From: Deltaproteobacteria bacterium
GTDB taxonomy: Bacteria; Desulfobacterota; Desulfomonilia; UBA1062
NCBI GenBank assembly: GCA_011372875.1
Contig: DSAD01000259.1
Span: forward strand, 1 to 49,103
DNA: 49,103 bases
Direction: 5' to 3'
This document shows positions 39,408 through 47,734 of this stretch, piece after piece. The position numbers and the translations under genes are program-made. Positions within the stretch are counted from its first letter, which is position 1. Every line of letters starts with the position of its first letter. The notes under the pieces were generated by a model. The model searched no databases and had not been told where the DNA came from. It was given only the letters and a program-made list of their open reading frames with translations.

Positions 39408-42400
39408 ATGAATCTGATCAGAATCTTTATTAACAGGCCGGTAACCACGATCATGCTGGTCTGCGTGTTTGTGGTCCTGGGGATTATTTCCTACCAGCGG
39501 ATATACGTTGATCTCTTCCCTGATGTCACCCTGCCCATAGTTCTGGTTACCCAGGTATACGAAGGTGCCGCCCCCGAGGAGATAGAAACCCAGGTAGTCA
39601 AGAAGGTCGAGGATGCGGTATCAAATATCAGCGATATCAAACACATATCTTCCAGCGTGTATGAGAACTTTGGTCTGACCATCATCGAATTCAATTACGG
39701 GGTGAATGTAGATATAAAGGCCCTGGAGGTAAAGGACAAGGTCGAGGCAATAACCCATGATCTCCCCGACGATGCGGACAAGCCCCTTATCGAGAAGTTC
39801 GACCCGTTCGGTGAACCGACCCTGAGCATTGCCCTGTTCAGCGACACCATGCCTATCCATGATATCTACGAGTATGCAGATAAGGTTCTCAAGGACAAAT
39901 TCTCTCAGGTATCAGGCGTTGCGAGCGTGGATGTTGTAGGCGGAAGGGAAAGGCAGATAAATGTGCGTGTTGATCTGCCCAAGCTCATGAACTACCGGCT
40001 GTCTATCCTGGATGTTATCAGTGCAATAAGAATGAAAAACCTCGACGTGCCTGCAGGCTCGATGGACCGGGGCAAGTTCAAGATAGGCGTGCGGCTCAAG
40101 GGGCAGTTCGAAACTGTTGAAGAGATTGCGGATATGTACTTCGCAGTGGAAGACGTTGGCGTTATCCAGCTCAAGGATATTGCAACCATAGAAGACGGGT
40201 TCAAGGATATCGCCTCTGTGGCACGGTTCAAGGGTCAAGAGGCTGTGATCCTCAATATCTTCAAGCAGACAGACAGTAATGTGGTCAATACCGCCGATTC
40301 CGCATACAAAAGGCTTGAAGAGGTTAGGAACGAGCTTCCTCCAGGGCTCAGTATCGAGCTCGCAAAGGATGCTACTGATTTTATCCGGGAATCAATAAGC
40401 GATGCGCTGTCGAACATATTCCTGGGTGTGCTTCTCACAACGCTTGTACTGTTCCTTTTTCTCGGCGACATACGCATGGCCCTTGTAGCTGCGGTGGTCA
40501 TTCCCTCTTCCATTGTCTCTTCGTTTCTTGTAATGCAGTTGTTCGGTTTTACCCTGAATATCATTACCCTCATGGCCCTGGGGGTTTCGATCGGTGCACT
40601 TGTCGCAAATGCAATTGTCATTATCGAGAATATCCACAAGCATATTCTCCAGCATGATGATTCCAGAGAAGGTGCTGCAAAGGGGACATGGGAGGTCGCT
40701 GTCGCGGTAATGGCTGCAGCAGGTACCAATATCGTAGTATTCATCCCTATTGCATTCATGAAAGGGATATTCGGGCAGGTATTCTATCCTTTCGGCATCA
40801 CGGTGGTTGCTGCCACCGTATTTTCCATCCTGGCATCCTTTTCTCTTACACCCATGCTTTCGTCGTTTGCCATGAGAAACGCCAAAGACGCAGAACAGGG
40901 ATGGGGCTTCATCGGAAGACATCTCATGTTCTTTTCCCGTTGGATAGATACCCTCAGAGGGGAATATCTGCTCCTGCTCGAGACCTGTATGAAATGGAAA
41001 AAGATGACCATCGTGTTTACCCTTGTGATGCTTGCAGGCTCCATCTATCTCATGAAATATGTCGGCGGGGAGCCTTTCCCTTCTTCGGACAGCTCCGAGA
41101 TCAGTATCGTTGCAGAATTGCCCCAGGACATATCCATTACTGCAAGCTCTCAGGTTCTCTCACGGATAGATGCGATTGTATCCAAGATCCCTGAACTCAA
41201 GGACTATACCTCGACCATCGGAGGCAAGAACAAAGGCATCTACGATCTGAAGGTCCACATACGCCTGGTTGATGTAGGCATGCGTTTCAGGAGCGACAAG
41301 ATAGTGGCCCAGAGTCTTGTTGAGGAACTCTGCGCCATACCTGACCTTGAATTCAGCGTAACCGCAGGCAGATCGCACGGAAATGAAGGGGACATGGATG
41401 TCGATATCTACGGTACCGAGTATTCCGAACTCGTGAAGCTTTCAGAGCAGGTAAAACAGATAATGAACGATACGGGAAACTATCAGAGCATAATCAGTTC
41501 GTACAAGAACCCGAGAAAAGAGATGCGGTTCATCTCGGATGATTTCAAGACATACGTGTACGGGGGGAACAATTTAAGACTGGGTACTGTGCTGCGTGCA
41601 TCAATAGACGGGGATGACTCCTCCGTGCTCAGGGACAGGGGGGAGGAATACGACATCCATGTATCCCTGGACGAGAAGTATACCGATTCCATCAATCTGC
41701 TGGGGGCAATCCTTGTACCGCTAACAAAGGATGACATACTCAATCCCATCAACAAGGTGGGCATGTTTATCCCTTCTAACGCAGAGGCGAATATCGAGAG
41801 AAAGGACAAGCAGAGGAAGATAACACTTAGATGTTTCTTCAGCAGGCTTTCCCTGACAGAGAATATGGCTATCCTGCAGGAAAAGTTTGATGAGCTCGAC
41901 CTCAAACAAGGATACAAGATCGAATTCGCAGGAGACGTTGAGCTTAATAAGGAGGCGAGTGAGGCCACGTCCCAGGCATTCATCATTGCCTCTGTTCTCA
42001 CGTTCATGCTGCTTGCGGCCATCCTGAACTCGATAGTGCATCCGTTTACCATTCTCCTGAGTATTCCTCTTGGCCTTGCCGGGGTATTATACTCTCTGTT
42101 TTTCTCCGGTATAACCATGAATATGCTGGCCATGATGTCCATTGTCATGCTTGTCGGCATCGTGGTCAACGGTGCAATCCTGATCATCGACGATGCCATG
42201 AATTCCATAAAGGAAGGCATTGAGACAATTCCTGCAATCAGGCAGGCGTGCTCTGATAAATTCAGGCCCATACTGATGACCAATATAGCCATTATCTGCG
42301 GACTGCTGCCCCAGGCCCTCGGAGGTTCCGGTGCCAGCTTCAGGATGGCCCTGGCAGTTCCCACCATCGGAGGCATTATTGTATCAACACTTTTCACCAT

Positions 42401-42485
42401 GATATTCATCCCGGTCATCTTCTATTATATGGAGAGGCTCAGGCGATCAGCAATGATATTAAAGAGATTATCAAGAGCGAAATGA
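39408..42485 (+). CDS. RND efflux permease (AcrB/HAE family)
   Basis: 1025 aa. Starts MNLIRIFINRPVTTIMLV, with the 12-TM / two-large-loop architecture. Confidence 0.93.
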   Translation: MNLIRIFINRPVTTIMLVCVFVVLGIISYQRIYVDLFPDVTLPIVLVTQVYEGAAPEEIETQVVKKVEDAVSNISDIKHISSSVYENFGLTIIEFNYGVNVDIKALEVKDKVEAITHDLPDDADKPLIEKFDPFGEPTLSIALFSDTMPIHDIYEYADKVLKDKFSQVSGVASVDVVGGRERQINVRVDLPKLMNYRLSILDVISAIRMKNLDVPAGSMDRGKFKIGVRLKGQFETVEEIADMYFAVEDVGVIQLKDIATIEDGFKDIASVARFKGQEAVILNIFKQTDSNVVNTADSAYKRLEEVRNELPPGLSIELAKDATDFIRESISDALSNIFLGVLLTTLVLFLFLGDIRMALVAAVVIPSSIVSSFLVMQLFGFTLNIITLMALGVSIGALVANAIVIIENIHKHILQHDDSREGAAKGTWEVAVAVMAAAGTNIVVFIPIAFMKGIFGQVFYPFGITVVAATVFSILASFSLTPMLSSFAMRNAKDAEQGWGFIGRHLMFFSRWIDTLRGEYLLLLETCMKWKKMTIVFTLVMLAGSIYLMKYVGGEPFPSSDSSEISIVAELPQDISITASSQVLSRIDAIVSKIPELKDYTSTIGGKNKGIYDLKVHIRLVDVGMRFRSDKIVAQSLVEELCAIPDLEFSVTAGRSHGNEGDMDVDIYGTEYSELVKLSEQVKQIMNDTGNYQSIISSYKNPRKEMRFISDDFKTYVYGGNNLRLGTVLRASIDGDDSSVLRDRGEEYDIHVSLDEKYTDSINLLGAILVPLTKDDILNPINKVGMFIPSNAEANIERKDKQRKITLRCFFSRLSLTENMAILQEKFDELDLKQGYKIEFAGDVELNKEASEATSQAFIIASVLTFMLLAAILNSIVHPFTILLSIPLGLAGVLYSLFFSGITMNMLAMMSIVMLVGIVVNGAILIIDDAMNSIKEGIETIPAIRQACSDKFRPILMTNIAIICGLLPQALGGSGASFRMALAVPTIGGIIVSTLFTMIFIPVIFYYMERLRRSAMILKRLSRAK

Positions 42486-42540
42486 TATTGGCTGATTAAG
42501 TATTTAGCCCGCATTTTGAATCAGAGATGGAACAGGCAAT

Positions 42541-42613
42541 GTGGGAGCGGCTTTCAGCCGCGATTTTCCGGAAAATGTAAAGGGGTTTTATCGCGGCTGA
42601 AAGCCGCTCCCAC
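42541..42613. repeat. REP-like palindromic element: perfect 24-bp inverted repeat with a 25-nt loop
   Basis: gtgggagcggctttcagccgcgat (42541-42564) is the exact reverse complement of 42590-42613. It lies between the RND operon and pyk and could also act as a terminator or insulator. Confidence 0.85.
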
Positions 42614-42751
42614 AGAACAAGTCATATGCATTGATTCAGATGATACCTCGAAAGCTTGCTTCGAGGTAGATCATTGCACATCATAGACTTGTTCACCTGC
42701 AGAATGTGGGTTCAAGGAATGATTTCCGATGGAATCATGCGAGGTGTAGAC

Positions 42752-44194
42752 ATGTCAGTGAGCCTTCCGGGAAGAAAGACTAAGATTGTATGCACTATCG
42801 GCCCTGCCAGCAGGAACAAGCCGATCCTTTCGAAGATGATAATCTCGGGCATGAATGTGGCGCGGCTCAATTTCAGTCACGCAGATCTTGCCGAGCACGA
42901 GGAGAACATCCACAGAATAAAAGGGCTTTCTGCCTCACTGGGCATACCAGTATCCATCCTTGCAGACCTGCCGGGCCCCAAGATCAGGATAGGCAGGCTT
43001 GAAGGCGGGTCATGTGTCCTTGAGAAAGGCAAGACCGTTGTCCTTACCATACACGATGAAATCGGTTCATCATCCCTTATACCTGTTGCCTTTGGCGGTT
43101 TTATTGAAAATCTGCACAAGGGAAGCAGGGTGTTTCTCAATGACGGGTTTATTCAGTTGAAGGTGCTTCACAAAACTGCTGAACAGGCTGTGTGCAGGGT
43201 AATCATGGGTGGAAAGCTGCTCTCGAACAAGGGCATGAATCTCCCGGATGCAAGGCTTAACATAAATCCGGTTACAGACAAGGATCTTGAGTTTGTCAGG
43301 TTCGGTCTAGAAGTCGGGGTCGACATGTTCAGCGTATCCTTTGTGAAAAGCCCCGACGATATCATGAAGGTAAAACGTTTTGCCTCGTCTCTTGGAAAAG
43401 AGGCATTTGTAGTGGCAAAGATCGAGCGCAAGGAGGCCCTGGAACAGATAGATGCAATACTTGATGCTGCCGATGCTCTGATGATTGCAAGGGGCGATCT
43501 GGGGGTTGAGATCCCCATAGAGAAGGTTCCCGTTGTCCAGAAGCAGCTCACTCTTAAGGCAAATTACCGAGCAAGACCGGTTATTACGGCAACCCAGATG
43601 CTGGAATCCATGACCGCAAATACCAGGCCCACCAGGGCAGAGGTAACCGATGTGGCCAATGCCATACTCGACGGCACAGATGCTGTTATGCTTTCAGAGG
43701 AAACAGCCATCGGCAGTTATCCGGTAGAGTCTCTACGTATGCTTGTAAAGATTGCACAGATGACCGAGAAGAACAGGGGGGGTGTTGCCGCCGGTATGAG
43801 TATTCCCAGTGCAATCAGGCATGAGCTTGAACGAAGCGGTGCATCAATAGGGGATGCACTTTCTCTGAATGTGGTCAATACTCTCCATATGCTGAATATA
43901 CGCTTTATCCTGGTGCCGACGCAGACCGGGGCAACAGCAAGAAGGATATCCCGGTTCAAGGGGGGGGCATGGATAATTGCCCTGTGTTCGAATGAAGCTG
44001 CGTTGAGATCCTTGAATCTTTCATACGGGATACTCCCGGTTATGGCAGATCCTGATGGTTCGGATGAGCAATTTATAGGGTATCTGAAAGAGCAGGGCCT
44101 TGCAAGGCCTGAAGACACCCTGCTTATGGTAAGTGCCCTGCCTTTCGGGGGGGTAGGAAAGGAGAATTCCCTGAAGATAATAAAGCTTGACTGA
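42752..44194 (+). CDS. pyk: Pyruvate kinase
   Basis: 480 aa from ATG 42752 (GAGGTG upstream). KTKIVCTIGPAS, MNVARLNFSH and MIARGDLGVEIP motifs. Confidence 0.95.
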   Translation: MSVSLPGRKTKIVCTIGPASRNKPILSKMIISGMNVARLNFSHADLAEHEENIHRIKGLSASLGIPVSILADLPGPKIRIGRLEGGSCVLEKGKTVVLTIHDEIGSSSLIPVAFGGFIENLHKGSRVFLNDGFIQLKVLHKTAEQAVCRVIMGGKLLSNKGMNLPDARLNINPVTDKDLEFVRFGLEVGVDMFSVSFVKSPDDIMKVKRFASSLGKEAFVVAKIERKEALEQIDAILDAADALMIARGDLGVEIPIEKVPVVQKQLTLKANYRARPVITATQMLESMTANTRPTRAEVTDVANAILDGTDAVMLSEETAIGSYPVESLRMLVKIAQMTEKNRGGVAAGMSIPSAIRHELERSGASIGDALSLNVVNTLHMLNIRFILVPTQTGATARRISRFKGGAWIIALCSNEAALRSLNLSYGILPVMADPDGSDEQFIGYLKEQGLARPEDTLLMVSALPFGGVGKENSLKIIKLD

Positions 44195-44209
44195 TCCTGG
44201 ATGGACCCC

Positions 44210-44749
44210 TTAAGAGTCGAAATTGCAGGAAACGAAAAAGTAAACCACAGACTCACTCAGCTCGGTACTGTAATTGTAACGATATAATGCAGCAAAGGAA
44301 GTCCCCATCTCATGCCGGGTGAAATGGCCCGTGAATTCAAAGGCAATTTTCTCACTGAATGGGTATGATAATTCAACGAGAGGATGTATCCTCGCCTGAA
44401 TACTGTCCATAACGTAGTTCTCTATCTTGTCTTTTTCAATATTGTACCCGGTTATCGGCTCTGCGGAGGGTAAGCTCCTGATAATTCCGCTGTATTTCAG
44501 CAGGATATCAAAAAAGGAGGTATCGTTGATTCTATTCAGACCCGAGAGGTTGTGCAATCCATTCATGATAGCACTTCTATATGGTTGGCCGGTCCGGGTG
44601 TTGTTTTGTAAAACCTTAAAATCCTGGGCAATAATACTTTCAGGATAATCCTGTGAGGTTTCGGCTCTTAGCGGACATATCAGCAGGATCAGCAGCAGTA
44701 TAAAGAATCCGAAGAGAAACTGAATCCTGTAATTACATATGATCGCCAT
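44210..44749 (-). CDS. Secreted hypothetical protein
   Basis: 179 aa. Strong GGAGGG RBS 7 nt upstream. N-terminal signal peptide ...ILLLILLICPLRA/ETS. No recognisable domain. Confidence 0.6.
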   Translation of the reverse strand: MAIICNYRIQFLFGFFILLLILLICPLRAETSQDYPESIIAQDFKVLQNNTRTGQPYRSAIMNGLHNLSGLNRINDTSFFDILLKYSGIIRSLPSAEPITGYNIEKDKIENYVMDSIQARIHPLVELSYPFSEKIAFEFTGHFTRHEMGTSFAALYRYNYSTELSESVVYFFVSCNFDS

Positions 44750-44924
44750 CCGATATCCCTCCTGCTTTGTGTAAGCAATGAGCAGGCCAATTAATGCATG
44801 GAGAATATCAGTAGCTTATAGCTGGGATTATAAGGGAGGCATTACAAGAATGTGTTTAGGAATACATTTGTGGTATAACCGTAAGGGCTAGCAGATCGAT
44901 CAAAGATCAAATAGGGAGGAATCA

Positions 44925-45698
44925 ATGGCATATTCAACGATCGAGTATGAAGTACATGAAAAGGGTATCGGGGTATTATCTTTGAACCGGCCGGATAAAT
45001 ACAATGCGGTCAACAGTGTGATGACCGAGGAATTGTATGATTTCTGGGGTCAGCGGCAGTATGATCTCGATACGCAGGTCATTATTCTAAAGGGTAATGG
45101 GGAAAAGGGTTTCTGTGCAGGGCTCGATATGACCGAGACCATGGAACGCAGCGCCGAATTAAGCCTTGACGAGTTCTACAATTTCCAGGCGCGCCTAGGC
45201 AGGCTGAATCTTGCCATGAGGCAGGTGTCCCAGCCGATTATCTGTGCGGTTCATGGAGCTGCGGCAGGCCTTGGTTTCAGCTTTGCTCTCGCATCCGATC
45301 TTCGTGTTGTCAGCTCAGATGCCAGATTCTCGGCGGCATATATCAATATTGGTCTTGGCGGAGCGGATATGTCGTGCAGTTATTTTCTTCCCAGGCTGAT
45401 CGGCGCCGGCAGGGCCTATGAATTCATGCTGACCGGCAATTTCATGTCGGCACAGGAGGCAATGGATCTGGGTCTGGCAAGTCGGATGGTCGAAAAGGAC
45501 AAGGTCTTTGATACGGCCCTCGAGTTGGCAAAGATAATGATCACAAAGAATCCCATGGGACTGAAGCTTACAAAGGAAGCGATAAACATGAGTCTTCATG
45601 CCGGGAGTCTTGAGCATGCCCTTAACATGGAAGACAGAAACCAGGTGCTCCTTGTAGCGCGAGGCATGCTGGGAGCGAAGGCAAGTAAGCATTTTTAA
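44925..45698 (+). CDS. Enoyl-CoA hydratase/isomerase (crotonase) family protein
   Basis: 257 aa. Oxyanion-hole segments FCAGLDM and AVHGAAAGLGFSFALASD. AGGGAGGA RBS. Confidence 0.9.
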   Translation: MAYSTIEYEVHEKGIGVLSLNRPDKYNAVNSVMTEELYDFWGQRQYDLDTQVIILKGNGEKGFCAGLDMTETMERSAELSLDEFYNFQARLGRLNLAMRQVSQPIICAVHGAAAGLGFSFALASDLRVVSSDARFSAAYINIGLGGADMSCSYFLPRLIGAGRAYEFMLTGNFMSAQEAMDLGLASRMVEKDKVFDTALELAKIMITKNPMGLKLTKEAINMSLHAGSLEHALNMEDRNQVLLVARGMLGAKASKHF

Positions 45699-45790
45699 TG
45701 ATCATAACCTTGAATATTCTTGATAAGACAGGATAAGGGACAATAAAATAGATGTTGATGCCCTGCTGATTCCGGCAAGGTGCTACATTC

Positions 45791-45909
45791 GGATGATACG
45801 CAAGCTGCTTGCAGCTCTCTTCTTAGTCCTCTCCCTCCGGGGAGAGGATAAAGGTGAGGGGGGGACAGTAAATAGAGTCTTTGATACCTCGCAAGCTTGC
45901 GGCTCGGTA
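45791..45909. repeat. Composite palindromic (REP-like) intergenic element
   Basis: Hairpins gcaag-ctg-cttgc (45800-45812) and a 9-bp GC-rich stem tcctctccc/gggagagga (45827-45848) followed by a G-run, plus the 12-nt palindrome cgcaagcttgcg (45890-45901). 45882-45901 matches 42641-42660 at 18 of 20 positions. Confidence 0.6.
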
Positions 45910-45925
45910 TTTCATTATTCAAGGT

Positions 45926-45954
45926 TTGTATTATTGTCTGTATTTCTATATACT
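45926..45954 (+). promoter_or_regulatory. Candidate sigma70 promoter for the receiver gene (TTGTAT-17-TATACT)
   Basis: The hexamers and 17-nt spacer are read directly. It would give a 5-prime UTR of about 45 nt before GTG 46005. Confidence 0.35.
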
Positions 45955-46004
45955 AAAATGAGTATAAAGGATTCTCATTGAATATACACAATGGAGGGAT
46001 TGCC

Positions 46005-46454
46005 GTGTCTGATGGATTGGACATTCTCATTGTCGACGATGAAGAAAATGTGTGCGAAGTGATAGCCGAACAGATCAAAGAGTACTTTACCTGGGGAGAG
46101 GTTATAACCTTTACCGATGTTGACAAGGCGATCTCTTACTGTCTGGGTCGGGACAACGGTATTATGATATTCATACTCGACGTCTTTGTGGGGCATGATA
46201 ATGGTTTCTATTTCCTGGATGCCATTGCTGAGAAATATCCTTTTGCGTATCAGGACACGATAATGATAACAGGAAAGGCCGGTGACGATGTTGTGGATAT
46301 GTGCGTGGCTGCAGAGGTCAACTATCTCCTTGAGAAGCCGATTCGTCCGTATGCATTGCAGCTGGCAGTCCGGGCAATCGTAACGAAATATCTGAAGTTT
46401 GCAAAGAAACTTCTTCAGGATCCTGACTTTGCCGAGAGCGTTGAAAAGATCTGA
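46005..46454 (+). CDS. Stand-alone response-regulator receiver (CheY-like)
   Basis: 149 aa from GTG 46005 (GGAGGG 6 nt upstream). It has LIVDDEE, the phospho-acceptor FILDV, MITG and LEKP. No output domain. Confidence 0.85.
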   Translation: MSDGLDILIVDDEENVCEVIAEQIKEYFTWGEVITFTDVDKAISYCLGRDNGIMIFILDVFVGHDNGFYFLDAIAEKYPFAYQDTIMITGKAGDDVVDMCVAAEVNYLLEKPIRPYALQLAVRAIVTKYLKFAKKLLQDPDFAESVEKI

Positions 46455-46471
46455 GGCCCAGTCCCTGGGTC

Positions 46472-46864
46472 TTACCCCTGCTCCTGGGCGTCGCACAATC
46501 CCTGCCAGAGATCGTAATCGGACACCTTGGTTATGGTTATTGCCATCTCGTGAGCCTTGGAGTCCAATCTGATAACCTCTCCCCAGAGGGTCAGGTGAGG
46601 GTTGTTGAAGCTGACCACAATCTGTCTGCCGACGATGGTATGAGCCTTTTCCGGGGTGAACCTTTTACCCCTGTCCCTGGGAAGATTGGTCATCTGGAGG
46701 CAAAAACCTCCCCAGCTGATATCTTTTGTCTCGGCAATGATTTTTATGGTTTCATCTTTAATACCCGGGCTCAAGGCCTCCATGGTGGAATCATTAATAT
46801 GGATGTTGATCATGCCCTTAATCTTTTTGCTCTTTCTCGGATATTCCCTTTTGATGGAGTCCAT
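46472..46864 (-). CDS. Single-domain PilZ protein
   Basis: 130 aa. REYPR (RxxxR) and DISWGG (DxSxxG) motifs. Confidence 0.8.
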   Translation of the reverse strand: MDSIKREYPRKSKKIKGMINIHINDSTMEALSPGIKDETIKIIAETKDISWGGFCLQMTNLPRDRGKRFTPEKAHTIVGRQIVVSFNNPHLTLWGEVIRLDSKAHEMAITITKVSDYDLWQGLCDAQEQG

Positions 46865-46894
46865 TTACCCGCCCTGTGTAAAGTGATTTTTCTT

Positions 46895-46922
46895 ATTATA
46901 ACAATTTTTATGATTTAATCAA
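46895..46922 (-). promoter_or_regulatory. Candidate sigma70 promoter for the PilZ gene (TTGATT-16-TATAAT on the minus strand)
   Basis: The plus strand shows attata at 46895-46900 and aatcaa at 46917-46922. It has a perfect -10 and lies in an AT-rich divergent region. Confidence 0.4.
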
Positions 46923-47009
46923 ATTTCATAGTGAATAATATTTATTTGCACAACTCATCTGTTCAGGCAGCTGATTCTGGTGTGCATATTCCACCTTGTA
47001 TGATCTCTC

Positions 47010-47038
47010 TTGACTCTTGAAGCCCTGATTCTTAATAT
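47010..47038 (+). promoter_or_regulatory. Candidate sigma70 promoter (TTGACT-17-TAATAT) abutting the Cys-rich ORF
   Basis: ttgact at 47010-47015 and taatat at 47033-47038. The first ATG of the downstream ORF lies 7 nt after the -10. Confidence 0.4.
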
Positions 47039-47044
47039 TTGATT

Positions 47045-47512
47045 ATGGAGCGTTTCAACGAAAGAGGCATGTTGATAATTCCGAACCCGGTCCGGGAGAG
47101 TTCAGCATCCGCTAAGATCCTCGTTGCAGGCAGGCTGTTCTGTCCGAACGGGCATGATCTGATCAGTCCCAGGGCATTGTTTGACGGGCATCCTGGTATT
47201 CTGATCAAGGCGGCAAAGGGATCGAGACGGGGGTGTATAGCTCTGAGTCCTGTTTATGGATCGACATCCAGGATCGTTCTTGATATCGATCTTGTCAAAG
47301 GAGAGATCATGGACTTGTATTGTCCCGCCTGCGACATCTTGCTGCCGATCCATTCTCCCTGCAGCTGCGGTGCAAATCTTGTGGCATTATTCACGTCGAA
47401 GCATCCGGATTTTACCGATTGCATTGCCATCTGCAACAGGGTGGGATGCATCAACTCCCACATACTGATCAATGACGAGGTTATCTCCCTGTCAATGATT
47501 GATACCTTCTGA
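47045..47512 (+). CDS. Cys/His-rich hypothetical protein (possible zinc-ribbon-containing)
   Basis: 155 aa from ATG 47045. Knuckle-like motifs FCPNGH, CPACD, CSCG and CIAICNRVGC. No family recognised. There is no SD before either the TTG 47039 or the ATG 47045 start. Confidence 0.6.
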   Translation: MERFNERGMLIIPNPVRESSASAKILVAGRLFCPNGHDLISPRALFDGHPGILIKAAKGSRRGCIALSPVYGSTSRIVLDIDLVKGEIMDLYCPACDILLPIHSPCSCGANLVALFTSKHPDFTDCIAICNRVGCINSHILINDEVISLSMIDTF

Positions 47513-47534
47513 CGCACATAAGGAAGGTGCCATT

Positions 47535-47570
47535 TCTCTGCAGAAAGTATCTCTGCAGAATGTATCTGCT
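47535..47570. repeat. 15-nt tandem direct repeat x2.4 (tctctgcagaaagta / tctctgcagaatgta / tctgct)
   Basis: Read directly. Each unit contains the palindrome ctgcag. It lies about 165 nt upstream of the Sel1-repeat gene. Confidence 0.6.
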
Positions 47571-47734
47571 CACCCGGAATACAGATGAAAATATCATTTG
47601 CCGCATAGACAGGGATGTATTTGCGAGTGTTAAATGAAGGATCGGATGTTCAGTGATAACAAATCTTGAAGCAATAGCTTGAAAGCCGCGGTTTCTTGTG
47701 TCAGAATAAAACCATAAGCAAGCAGGAGAGTCTC

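Noticed and set aside
41483-42418. 311-aa minus-strand ORF antisense to the RND permease; likewise 40235-40759 and 40392-40922
   Set aside because: Ser/Met/Ile-rich shadow frames of a hydrophobic gene. The plus-strand AcrB-family reading frame is continuous for 1025 aa.
45761-45815. CCGGCAAGG...GATACGCAAGCTGC, reminiscent of the GEMM-I c-di-GMP riboswitch (GGCAAACC...GACGCAAAGCC)
   Set aside because: The intervening sequence cannot form the P1b/tetraloop hairpin. The ACGCAAGC module is better explained as part of the repeat family also seen at 42641-42660.
45695-45922. 75-aa minus-strand ORF (…PHLYPLPGGRGLRREL…) and a 62-aa plus-strand ORF across the 45.8-kb repeat
   Set aside because: The reading frames are created by the GC-rich palindromic repeat. 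This is the kind of spurious peptide that REP elements generate.
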